64,000 nucleotides of DNA from an uncultured Chloroflexia bacterium (lineage in GTDB: Bacteria; Chloroflexota; Dormibacteria; Aeolococcales; Aeolococcaceae), in NCBI GenBank assembly GCA_963841385.1, contig CAWJCO010000005.1:419434-483433 (forward strand). The letters are read 5' to 3'. A program made the translations under genes and the position numbers. This document shows positions 46,574-55,612 of the stretch, one piece after another. Each line of letters opens with the position of its first letter. The first letter of the stretch is position 1. The notes beneath the pieces are model-generated. The model did not search any database. It was not told the origin of the DNA and saw nothing but the letters and a program-made list of their open reading frames with translations.

Positions 46574-46648
46574 TGGCTGGGGAGGTAGGATTCGAACCTA
46601 CGATTGGCTGATCCAGAGTCAGCTGCCTTACCACTTGGCCACTCCCCA
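46574..46648 (-). tRNA. tRNA-Gln (anticodon CUG), CCA encoded
   Basis: Reverse complement is UGGGGAGUGGCCAAGUGGUAAGGCAGCUGACUCUGGAUCAGCCAAUCGUAGGUUCGAAUCCUACCUCCCCAGCCA. Acceptor stem UGGGGAG/CUCCCCA, anticodon stem GCUGA/UCAGC with loop CU-CUG-GA, T-arm GUAGG-UUCGAAU-CCUAC. Closely resembles canonical bacterial tRNA-Gln. Confidence 0.93.
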
Positions 46649-46922
46649 GCGGCGCTCGCGAGTCTAACCGGAGCGCTGACCGTCGCCGCGAGATGACGCT
46701 CGGAAGGTCCCCGCCCGTGAACGGAAGTGACGGCGGCCCTGGAGCACCATCTCGCTTGTGGCGCCCGGCCATGCTCGGGTCGCACACGGTCGAATCCGAC
46801 CTCTCGCGCGTGATGGAAGTTTGACGGCTTCATGGTGGGCTCGCCGATGGCCGGTGGCCGTGCCACCCTTCTCCGGCTGCGCACCGATGCGGTTGGCGTG
46901 GCTGGGACCGTTGGAGGATGGG

Positions 46923-48128
46923 GTGAGCACGAGCACGTCGGGCCAGGTCCCGATGGGGGTGGCGTCCACCGAGGATCGCTGGGTGTCGGTGGGACGGTCG
47001 AGCGACCCACATTCCCGGGCGGCCGGGCGGCAGGCGGCAGCGGAGGCGATGGCCCGCGGCGACGCCGCCCTGATCCTGGTCTTCTGCTCCGCGGCGCACG
47101 ACCTCACCGACCTGGTGGCGGGCGTGCGGGAGGTGAGCGGCGGTGCCCCTCTGATCGGCTCCACCACGGCGGGCGAGCTCACCGGCGAAGGCCCCTCCGA
47201 TGGCGGGGTGGTGGTCATGGTCCTGGGCGGCCCCGGCTTCTCGGTCGCCACCGCGGCCGCCACCGGGATCGGGCCCCGGCTCCGGCAGGCGGGCGCGGAG
47301 GTCGCCACCTGCGTCAACGCCATCGCCGCCCGACCCCATCGGGTGCTGCTCATGCTCACCGACGGCCTCGCGGGCGACCACCAGGAGATCCTGCGCGGCG
47401 CCTACAGCGTGGCCGGAGCGGCGATCCCGCTGGTGGGCGGCGCGGCGGCCGACGACCTCACGATGGCCGGCACCCACCAGCTCCACGGCGGCGACGTCCT
47501 CGGCAACTCGGTGGTCGCGGCGGCGCTCGGCTCCGACGCTCCCATGGGAATAGGGGCCCGTCACGCCTGGCGTCCCTTCGGCGAGCCCATGCTGGTGACC
47601 GCCAGCTCGGGCGATTGGATCCACAGCCTCGACGACGAGCCGGCGCTGGACGTCTACCTCGGCCGTCTGGAGGCGCCCGTCGACTGCTACCGGGACCACG
47701 CCGCCTTCACCCGCTTCGCGATGACCCACCCCCTGGGCCTCAGCCGTCGCAGCGGCGAGCGGCTGCGCTGCATCCTGAAGGTCGACTTCCCGAACCGGGC
47801 CATCTCGTGCAATGCCCAGGTCCCGAGCGGCGCGGTGACCTCCTTCATGGAGTGCTCGACGGCGGCGGTGCTGGCCTCGGCCGGAGAGGCCTGCAGGGAG
47901 GCGACTCGCGGCCTCGACGGGCTCCGGCCAATCGGCCTGCTCGCCATCGACTGCATCGGCCGGCGGATGGTCCTCGGCGATGGCGGGGCCGCCGTCGAGG
48001 TCGAGCGGATGCTGGAGACCGCACCCGGAACGCCCCTCGCCGGCTTCTACAGCTACGGCGAGATCGCGCGGGTCCGAGGAGGCAGCGGCTTCCACAGCCA
48101 GACCCTTGCCGCGCTGGCGCTCTCCTGA
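46923..48128 (+). CDS. FIST N + FIST C domain signal-transduction protein
   Basis: Has ALILVFCSAAHD, GAPLIGSTTAGEL, LTDGLAGDHQEILRGAY, PLVGGAAADD, and C-terminal GLLAIDCIGRR...AGFYSYGEIA. GTG at 46923 is preceded by GGAGGA. Confidence 0.8.
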   Translation: MSTSTSGQVPMGVASTEDRWVSVGRSSDPHSRAAGRQAAAEAMARGDAALILVFCSAAHDLTDLVAGVREVSGGAPLIGSTTAGELTGEGPSDGGVVVMVLGGPGFSVATAAATGIGPRLRQAGAEVATCVNAIAARPHRVLLMLTDGLAGDHQEILRGAYSVAGAAIPLVGGAAADDLTMAGTHQLHGGDVLGNSVVAAALGSDAPMGIGARHAWRPFGEPMLVTASSGDWIHSLDDEPALDVYLGRLEAPVDCYRDHAAFTRFAMTHPLGLSRRSGERLRCILKVDFPNRAISCNAQVPSGAVTSFMECSTAAVLASAGEACREATRGLDGLRPIGLLAIDCIGRRMVLGDGGAAVEVERMLETAPGTPLAGFYSYGEIARVRGGSGFHSQTLAALALS

Positions 48129-48140
48129 CTCCTGGCTCGA

Positions 48141-50552
48141 TTGAATCGCATGGATCGGAGCGTGCTGGGCCGGAGGGGAGCCGCTGAGGTGCGCCCGAAC
48201 TGGTGGGCCACCGATCAGCTCGTCGAGTACATCTCGACCCTGGTCCACTCCCCCGACGAGGCGACGGTGGTCCGGGTCGGCCTCGAGAGCGCGGCGGAGA
48301 CCCTGGAGGCGGAGATCGCCCTCCTGGTCCGGGGGGACCAGGCCGCCCTGGTCGTCGGGCTGCCGGGCGCGGCCCCGCCCGAGCTGCTGGCGGTGGTCGG
48401 CACGTCCCGCTCGCGGGCGGTGGAGCTGCCCGGTCTCGGGCGCTGCACCGCGGTCTCGGTGCCGCTCGCTCCCCGGACGGCCAGCCACCTGGTGCTGGCG
48501 CGGTTGGGCGACCAGCGCTTCCTGCCCGAGGAGATCAACCTGCTGCGGGGCATGGCTGCGGCGCTCCGCATGAGCCAGGAGACGCTGCGGCTGCTCGAGG
48601 CGGAGCGGGGAGCCCGCGCCCTGAGCGAACGCCGCGCCGCGGAGAACGAAGCCCTCGCCTCGTCGCTCCAGGAGCGACAGATGCTCCTGGAGAGGCTGTC
48701 ACGGATCTAGCGCTCGATCTCGCATCGGGCCCCCCTGCCCGAGGTCCTCCACGCCGTCACCGCCGGCGCCGCCGAGCTGCTGGGCGACAGCATCGCCGCG
48801 CTGCGCATCATCGATCCGGGAGACCCGCACTCCACGGTGCTGATGTCGTCGGTGGGCCTCACCGACGCCGTCCGGGTCGGCGTCCACCGCCTGCCGATCG
48901 GGACGGGGCTCGTCGGCCAGGCGATCGGGCGCAACCAGGTCGTGGTTGCCGACAGCTGCACCGGGACGGCGGAGGAGACGGAGTGGCTCGTGCTGCTCGG
49001 GCTGGCAGGCGCCATGGTGGCGCCGGTCCACGACCAGGGCCGGCCGGTCGGCGAGCTGATGGTGGGCTCGACCAGCCGGGAACGCCGCTACCGGCCGGTG
49101 GAGCGCGAGGCGCTCGAGGCCTTCGCCCAGCACGCCAGCCTCGCCCTCACCGATGCCCGCACCGTCGAGGCGATGGAGCTGGCCTACCAGGACGGGCTGA
49201 CCGGGCTCGCTAGCCGCGCGCTCTTCGTCCAGCGTCTCGAGCACGCCGCGAGCCGCAACCGCCGCCACACCAACCGCTTCGCCCTGCTCTATTGCGACGT
49301 CGATGGCTTCAAGGTGATCAACGACAGCCTCGGCCACTCCGCGGGGGACGAGCTGCTGGTCCAGATCGGGGACCGGATCCGCGCCTGCCTGCGCCGGGGC
49401 GACTTCGCCGGCCGGCTGGGCGGTGACGAGTTCGCGATCCTGATGGAGAACGCGCGCCGACCCACCGACGCGATCGGGCTGGCCCGGCGCCTGCTCGGCG
49501 CCCTCGAGACCCCGTTCATGGTGGAGGGGAAGAGGGTGGTGGCGAGCGCCAGCATCGGGGTGGCCCTCTCCGGCGGCGCGGACCTCGGGGCCAGCGACCT
49601 GTTGCGCAATGCCGACGTGGCCATGTATCGGGCCAAGGCGAATGGCAAGAACCGCTACGTGCTCTTCGAGCCGCAGATGTACGCGGCGGCGCTCGCCCGC
49701 ATGGAGCTGGGATCCGACCTCCTCCATTCGCTCGAGGCCGCGGAGCTGCGGGTCCAGTTCCAACCCATCGTCGACATGGAGACCAGGCAGGTGCAGGGCT
49801 GCGAGGCGCTGGTGCGCTGGCAGCACCCCACCCGGGGGCTGATCTCGCCCCTCGACTTCATCCCGGTCGCGGAGGAGACGGGGATGATCCACGAGGTGGA
49901 GCGCTGGGTGCTGCGCGAAGCGCTCGCCGGGCTCCACCGCCTCGGCCGCCAGCTTCCCGGCCTGGCGCGGCTCACGGTGAGCGTCAACCTCTCGCCCTTC
50001 TCCATCCGCGGGATCGACCTCGTGAACGACGTGCGCAGCGCGCTGGACGGCTCCGGCATCGCGTCCGAGCAGCTCACCATGGAGGTCACCGAGTCGGCGC
50101 TGCTGCGGGACAGCGAGACCACCATCCGCACCCTGACGATGCTGAAGGAGATGGGCGTCCGGCTCGCCATCGACGACTTCGGGGCGGGCTACTCCTCGCT
50201 GACCTACCTGACCATGTGCGACTTCGACATCCTCAAGGTGGACCGTGCCTTCATCAGGGACATGGTCGGCGCGGGGGAGACCGCGCCGATCGCCCGCGCC
50301 ATCCTGGCGATGGCCCGGCTCCTGGACCTGGAGGTCATCGCCGAGGGTGTGGAGACCGTCCACCAGGTGGTGAAGCTGCGCGAGATGGGCTGCAGGCTGG
50401 CTCAGGGCGACTACTACTCGCCCCCTGTCGACCTCGACGACCTCGTTGCCCTGCTCGATCGCGAGCACGACCACGACGAGCGCGGGGTGGTCGTCAGGCT
50501 GGCCCGGTCCGCCGGCGAACGCCTCGCGCCCGAGGGGGCGAGGCTCTTCTGA
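48141..50552 (+). pseudogene. GAF-GAF-GGDEF-EAL c-di-GMP turnover protein interrupted by a single in-frame TAG at 48708-48710
   Basis: ORFs 48141..48710 and 48837..50552 are in the same frame. Translation across the stop reads ...LLERLSRI*RSISHRAPLPEVLHAVTAGAAELLGD..., which runs straight into a GAF domain. Downstream are RLGGDEFAIL (GGDEF) and EALVRWQHP, DDFGAGYSSL, KVDRAFI (EAL). Confidence 0.8.
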
Positions 50553-50614
50553 GGGGGCCTCCGGGCGGCCCCCCGGCGCACCGGTTCCGGGTCGCGAGCC
50601 AGAGAGGGGCCGCC

Positions 50615-50620
50615 TATACT
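50615..50620 (+). promoter_or_regulatory. -10 element TATACT, 6 nt upstream of an ATG (leaderless mRNA arrangement)
   Basis: Reads tatact-ggggcc-ATG(50627) with no Shine-Dalgarno sequence. Confidence 0.4.
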
Positions 50621-50626
50621 GGGGCC

Positions 50627-50959
50627 ATGGATCTCGTCCAGTTGCTCCGGTCCCAGGCGCGGCGGTACCGCTGTGTCCAGTGCGGGGAGAGCATGGCCGA
50701 GTGCGGCATCAACGTGCTGACCCAGCAGGGCAACCGGGCGCTGGTCCGGGTCACCTGTTCCTCGTGCAACGACGAGAACCTGCTCCAGATCATCTTCCAG
50801 ACCGAGGTCGAGGCCCCCGAGGGCGCGGCCGCCGCCGGCCCGGCCGTCGAGGAGCCGGGGCGGGCAGCCGACCCGATCACGGGCGATGAGATCCTCGACC
50901 TCCACGAGATCCTCGCCGGCCACGCGGGCGGGTTCCGGGAGCTGCTGGCCCGCCGCTAG
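50627..50959 (+). CDS. Small zinc-ribbon protein (two CxxC pairs), unknown function
   Basis: 110 aa: YRCVQCGESM ... VTCSSCNDE, then an acidic/Ala linker and ITGDEILDLHEILAGHAGGFRELL. Good GC3 bias. Confidence 0.6.
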   Translation: MDLVQLLRSQARRYRCVQCGESMAECGINVLTQQGNRALVRVTCSSCNDENLLQIIFQTEVEAPEGAAAAGPAVEEPGRAADPITGDEILDLHEILAGHAGGFRELLARR

Positions 50960-51155
50960 CAGGGTTCTTCGGCACCCCGAAGGGGTCGCAGCGCGCCGGA
51001 GGCGCGGGCGCTCCCCGAGTTCAGTACGCACTGGGCCGTGACGTACTGTGAGCAGGCCGTCACGCAACCCCACGCCTTCTTCACTCCGCTCGGTGTTACC
51101 AATGAGGGGCGAACCGGCGGCTGCGCCGGCCGGGCGGGCACGGATGGAGGCGGGC

Positions 51156-52409
51156 ATGGTCAAGGTCGGAGCTGCCATCCGGCGGGTGTTGGATCGATTT
51201 CTCGTGCGCGTCGTGGCCGGGGTGGTCGCGGCCGGCATCGTGGTGATGGGCCTGATCGTGGCGGCCCTCGCCGCGGTCACCTCCGGCAGCCAGCTGCCGG
51301 CCGCATCGGTGGGGCAGGTGCGCATCGCGGCCATCCTGCTCGGCATCGTCGGCGTGGTCGTGCTCGGCGTCGTCGCCGCGCTGGTCGCGCACCGGGAGAC
51401 CAGCCACATCTGGGCGCTCGGTCACCTGGCCCGCCGGGTTGCCGCTGGCGATGTCTCGGCCCGGGTGGTTCCGGGTGGTGCCGCCGAGCTGAAGGAGCTC
51501 GGCGAAGCCTCCAACCTGATGGTCGAGCGGCTCGGCGGCATGGTCGGACGGGTGAGGGAGGTGAGCGGTGAGCTGGCCGCCTCCGCCGCCCGTCTCTCCG
51601 ACGCCTCCACCCAACTGGTCTCCACCACGGCCGAGCAGACCTCGGCCGCCGTCGAGACGTCGGCGAGCATGGAGGAGCTGGCCCGCACCTCGGCCCACAT
51701 CGCCGAGACGGTGGAGCGGGTCGCCACCCAGGCCGCCGAGACCCGCGACAACCTGGATCGCGCCCACGAGCGCATCCTCACCTCGGGTGAGCGCACGGTC
51801 GCCCTCACCGACCGGGTCCGCGACATCGGCAGGATTCTCAACCTGATCAACGAGATCGCGGATCAGACCAATCTGCTCGCCCTCAACGCCGCGATCGAGG
51901 CGGCACGGGCCGGCGAGGCGGGTCGCGGCTTCGCCGTGGTGGCGGACGAGGTGCGTCGCCTCGCCGATCGCTCCAAGGCGCTGGCCGCCGACATCTCCAC
52001 CATCACCGAGAGCGCCGAGTCGGAGACCAGCGCGACCGTCCTCGCCATGGAGGAGGGCGCCGCCCAGCTCCAGATCGGGCTCGGACTCATGGAGCAGGTC
52101 GCCGAGGCCAGCTCGAACGTCCGGCTCGCCACCCAGCAGCAGCGCTCGGCGACGGAGCAGGTGGTCGAGGCGATGGAGCAGGTGAGCGTGGCCAGCCGTC
52201 AGGTGTCGGCCACCGCGCAGCAGATCGCGGTCGCGGCGGGGAGCCAGGCCGAGATGGCGGGCGATCTCCAGACCGTCGCCGCCGCGGGCCCCGAGCATCT
52301 GGCGGTGCCCGCGCCTCCCTCGCTCCCCGGCTTCGACCGGGCGCCCGGCCCGGACGGCGGCGACGCCGGCTCCCCCGATCCCCGACTGGCGTCGTTCGTC
52401 GCGGACTGA
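51156..52409 (+). CDS. Methyl-accepting chemotaxis protein (TM - HAMP - MA domain)
   Basis: Highly conserved hairpin signature [47 protein letters not shown]-like [17 protein letters not shown] at 51156 is preceded by GGAGG. Confidence 0.88.
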   Translation: MVKVGAAIRRVLDRFLVRVVAGVVAAGIVVMGLIVAALAAVTSGSQLPAASVGQVRIAAILLGIVGVVVLGVVAALVAHRETSHIWALGHLARRVAAGDVSARVVPGGAAELKELGEASNLMVERLGGMVGRVREVSGELAASAARLSDASTQLVSTTAEQTSAAVETSASMEELARTSAHIAETVERVATQAAETRDNLDRAHERILTSGERTVALTDRVRDIGRILNLINEIADQTNLLALNAAIEAARAGEAGRGFAVVADEVRRLADRSKALAADISTITESAESETSATVLAMEEGAAQLQIGLGLMEQVAEASSNVRLATQQQRSATEQVVEAMEQVSVASRQVSATAQQIAVAAGSQAEMAGDLQTVAAAGPEHLAVPAPPSLPGFDRAPGPDGGDAGSPDPRLASFVAD

Positions 52410-52497
52410 CCCGGCCTCGGCGCGATCGGCCCGGGGGATACCCGATGGGGACGCGATCGGCCGGGCCCCCCTGGGCTGACGGCCCGGGCCCGGCGCC

Positions 52498-53427
52498 TCA
52501 GCCCCGGCCGGCGGGTTCGCGACGCCCCGTGCGCGCGGCGTTCCGCCGGGGCAGTGAGCGCCGGATCCGGAGGCGGAAGAGGAACAGCTCCTTGATCGCC
52601 CGGGCGATCGCCCGGGGGCGCGCGCCGGAGCGCCGCCCGGCCACCCGGGGGTGGTGGGGGACGGCGACCTGGGCGATCCGCCAGCCCGCGTGGCGGGCCT
52701 TGTAGTACAGCTCGGCGTTGATCAGGGCGCTGCGCGCCTCCAGGGTCAGCGACTCCAGGACCTCGCGGCGCATCAGCTTGAGGGCGCAGTCGACGTCCCG
52801 GTAGGGGAGGCGGTAGAGGACCGCCACCAGGGTGTTGAAGACCCAGCTGACCACCTCGCGAGCCCGGGCGTCCTGCCGCTCCTGACGCCACCCGGCGGCG
52901 AGGTCGGCGCGGTCGAGGAGCGGGGCCAGGAGGGCCAGGTCGGCGATCTCGAACTGTCCGTCCGCGTCGGTGAAGGCGACGAAGTCGCCTCGCGCCGCCC
53001 GGAGACCGTCGCCCACGGTGATCCCGTAGCCGCTCTTCTGCTGGTGGCGGATGACGCGCAGATCGATCCCCAGCTCGCCGGCCAGGGCGGTGGCGAGCTC
53101 ACCGCTCCCGTCGGTGCTGCCATCGTCGACGATCACCAGGTCGAAGTGCTCGGCAAGGGCGGGGAGCACCTCGGCGGCGTGGGGGAGCAGCCAGCTCAGG
53201 TTCTCGGCCTCGTTGTGGACCGGGAGCACCAGGGTGAGGCCGCTGAGCGGCGGACGTCCGGGCCGGCCCGCCGCGTGCGCCGGCCCGGAACCGGGCCCTG
53301 CCGCGGACCTGGTCGAGGTGACGGACGTCGATTCCGACCCCTCCGGGGGCCCGCTCGCCTCCCGGCTAGGCACCGACGCCGGTGGGGGTCGCCGCCGCGG
53401 TCGCGCGTGCTCCCGCGTAGACCGCAC
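52498..53427 (-). CDS. GT2 glycosyltransferase of the polyprenol/dolichol-phosphate sugar synthase type (Dpm1/GtrB/ALG5-like)
   Basis: Has LVLPVHNEAENL, VIVDDGSTDGS, GYGITVGDGLRAARGDFVAFTDADGQF (DxD motif) and RDVDCALKLMRREV. The GTG start at 53427 overlaps sqdB by 62 nt, and no other in-frame start occurs before the catalytic core. Confidence 0.8.
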   Translation of the reverse strand: MRSTREHARPRRRPPPASVPSREASGPPEGSESTSVTSTRSAAGPGSGPAHAAGRPGRPPLSGLTLVLPVHNEAENLSWLLPHAAEVLPALAEHFDLVIVDDGSTDGSGELATALAGELGIDLRVIRHQQKSGYGITVGDGLRAARGDFVAFTDADGQFEIADLALLAPLLDRADLAAGWRQERQDARAREVVSWVFNTLVAVLYRLPYRDVDCALKLMRREVLESLTLEARSALINAELYYKARHAGWRIAQVAVPHHPRVAGRRSGARPRAIARAIKELFLFRLRIRRSLPRRNAARTGRREPAGRG

Positions 53428-54580
53428 CGCCCTTCCGCCAGTCGATGGTCGCCTCGATGGTCTCCCGCCTCACCCGGGAGATGTTGCCCTCGACGGTCTG
53501 GATGACGCTGTCGATCAGCGTGTCGCTCAGCGAGTGAGGCTCCAGGCCGAGGTCGAGGAGGAGCTGATGCTTGGCGTTGTAGTAGTGGTCCTCCTTCTCC
53601 CGGCGCGGGTTGGGCACGTGGTGGATGGTGGTGGGGAGGCCGTGGGCGGCGCGAGCATGCTCCACCTTCTGGGCCAGCTCGAGGACCGAGAACTGCTCGG
53701 TGAACTGGTTGAAGACCCGGTACTCCCCGGCGGCGGGCGGGTTGAGCGCCGCCAGCTCGATGCAGCGCACGGTGTCGCGGATGTCCAGGAAGCCGCGGGT
53801 CTGGCCGCCCTTGCCGTAGACGGTGAGCGGCTCCCCGACCGCGGCCTCGACGATGTAGCGGTTGAGCACCGTGCCCCAGATCCCGTCGTAGTCGAAGCGG
53901 GTGACGAGCTGGGGGTGCAGCGCCGTCTCGTCGGTGGTGGTCCCGTAGACCACCCCCTGGTTGAGGTCGGTGGCCCGCAGGTCCCAGATCCGGCAGGCGA
54001 AGTCGAGATTGTGACTGTCGTGGACCTTGGAGAGGTGATAGATCGACCCCGGCTGCTTCGGGTAGAGCATCCGGTCACGGCGGCCGTTGTGGTCGATCTC
54101 GATGAACCCCTCCTCGATGTCGATGTTGGGGGTCCCGTACTCACCCATGGTCCCGAGCTTGATGAGGTGGCAGCTCGGAGCCAGGTCGCGCACCGCGTAG
54201 AGGACGTTGAGGGTGCCCACCACGTTGTTGACCTGGGTCTCCACGCCGTGGCGCGGGCTGATCATCGAGTACGGTGCGGAGCGCTGCTCGGCGAAGTGCA
54301 CGATCGCGTCCGGGGCGGTGGTGCGGATCAGCCGCTCCACCGCGGCCGCGTCGCAGAGGTCGATCTGGTGCCACTCGACCTTCCGCCCGCTCTCGGCCTG
54401 CCAGCGGGCTAGGCGGTCCGCCACCGAGGCGATCGGCGTGAGGCTGTCGGTTCCGCACTCCTCATCCCAGCGCCGCCGCACCAGGTTGTCGACCCCAATG
54501 ACGTCGTGGCCGCGGGCGGAGAGGTGAAGGGCGGTAGGCCACCCCAGGTAGCCGTCGGCCCCGAGGACCGCGATGCGCAT
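53366..54580 (-). CDS. sqdB: UDP-sulfoquinovose synthase
   Basis: Long blocks nearly identical to cyanobacterial SqdB and plant SQD1 as I recall them: GADGYLGWPTALHLS, EQRSAPYSM, KLGTMGEYGTPNIDIEEGFIEI.HNGR, YPKQPGSIYHLSKVHDSHN, ATDLNQGVVYG, TVYGKGGQTRGFLDIRDTVRCIELA, VFNQFTEQFSV, HYYNAKH..LLDLGL.PH.LSD. Confidence 0.92.
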   Translation of the reverse strand: MRIAVLGADGYLGWPTALHLSARGHDVIGVDNLVRRRWDEECGTDSLTPIASVADRLARWQAESGRKVEWHQIDLCDAAAVERLIRTTAPDAIVHFAEQRSAPYSMISPRHGVETQVNNVVGTLNVLYAVRDLAPSCHLIKLGTMGEYGTPNIDIEEGFIEIDHNGRRDRMLYPKQPGSIYHLSKVHDSHNLDFACRIWDLRATDLNQGVVYGTTTDETALHPQLVTRFDYDGIWGTVLNRYIVEAAVGEPLTVYGKGGQTRGFLDIRDTVRCIELAALNPPAAGEYRVFNQFTEQFSVLELAQKVEHARAAHGLPTTIHHVPNPRREKEDHYYNAKHQLLLDLGLEPHSLSDTLIDSVIQTVEGNISRVRRETIEATIDWRKGGAVYAGARATAAATPTGVGA

Positions 54581-54637
54581 TGCTGTCTCCCCATGGTGGC
54601 CGGCCGGGCTGACCCCGTCCGGCATGATCCGTGCGAG

Positions 54638-55612
54638 CTAGGTTGCGAAGTGGCGATGGGTCCGGGCGAGACCCTCGGCCAGAGCAGTTTGAGGCTTCCA
54701 CCCCATCAACCGCTCGGCGCGGCCGGCGTCGAGGCAGGCGCGCGCGACCTCCCCGGCCCGGGCGGGCTGGTAGTCGGGGGCGACCTCCACCCCCGCGGCT
54801 CGGATCAAGCCCTCCACCACCTCACGGACGCTCGTCTCACGGCCGGTGCCGACGTTCAGCGGCCCATCGGCGGAGCTGAGCAGCGCCGCCCGGGTGGCCG
54901 CGGCCACGTCGGCCACGTAGACGAAGTCGCGGGTCTGGGAGCCGTCGCCGTAGATCACCGGGCGCAAGCCCTGGACCAGCCGGGTGGACGAGATCGCGAG
55001 CACCCCCGCCTCCCCGGTCCCGTCCTGACGCGGTCCGTAGACGTTGCCGTAGCGCAGGGCGACCGTGCGCACCCCCCGCGCGCGGTAGGTCCAGAGATAG
55101 GTCTCCTCGCAGAGCTTCTCGGCTCCGTAGGCGGATCGCGGCGCCGGGACCAGCTCCTCGGACGCCGGCAGGCGCTCGGCGTCGCCGTACACGGCCCCGC
55201 CCGATGAGGCGATCACGATGGCCTCGCAGCCTGCCCGGGCGGCCGCGTCGAAGCAGGCGACCGAGCTGGCCAGGACCCGCCGGACGTGATCCCCGGGATC
55301 GCGCAGGGCCCGGTTCACGCCGCCCTTGGCGGCGAGGTGGACCAGCGCCTGGGGACGGAAGCGGGCCAGGGCGCCGGCGGCCTCGGGCCCCCCGGCGTCG
55401 GCCTCGACCACCTCGACCGTCGACGGCAGCGCCACACCGCAGGGATGGGAGAGATCGTCGATGACGAGCACCGCGACCTGGTCCGCGGCGAGCAGCTCCA
55501 CCAGGTGGCTGCCGATGAAGCCAGCGCCCCCGACCACGGCGACCCGGGCGGGAGGAGCGCCGCTTCCCGCCCCGCCCCGTCCGCCCGCCGCGGCGTCCTC
55601 GGCGGCAGTCAC
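54638..55612 (-). CDS. NAD-dependent nucleotide-sugar epimerase (GalE-like extended SDR)
   Basis: Has VAVVGGAGFIGSHLVELL, SSGGAVYG, the catalytic pair SAYGAEK, RYGNVYGPRQ and GDGSQTRDFVYVADV. The GTG start forms a GTGA overlap with the upstream stop (55609-55612). Confidence 0.85.
   Translation of the reverse strand: MTAAEDAAAGGRGGAGSGAPPARVAVVGGAGFIGSHLVELLAADQVAVLVIDDLSHPCGVALPSTVEVVEADAGGPEAAGALARFRPQALVHLAAKGGVNRALRDPGDHVRRVLASSVACFDAAARAGCEAIVIASSGGAVYGDAERLPASEELVPAPRSAYGAEKLCEETYLWTYRARGVRTVALRYGNVYGPRQDGTGEAGVLAISSTRLVQGLRPVIYGDGSQTRDFVYVADVAAATRAALLSSADGPLNVGTGRETSVREVVEGLIRAAGVEVAPDYQPARAGEVARACLDAGRAERLMGWKPQTALAEGLARTHRHFAT

Noticed and set aside
48708-48710. TAG read as pyrrolysine or another recoding event
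   Set aside because: No pylT/pylS/pylBCD genes or PYLIS-like context are visible. Gln is the residue expected from the conserved ...LSRIQRSIS... context as I recall it, so a CAG to TAG substitution or a base-call error is far more parsimonious.
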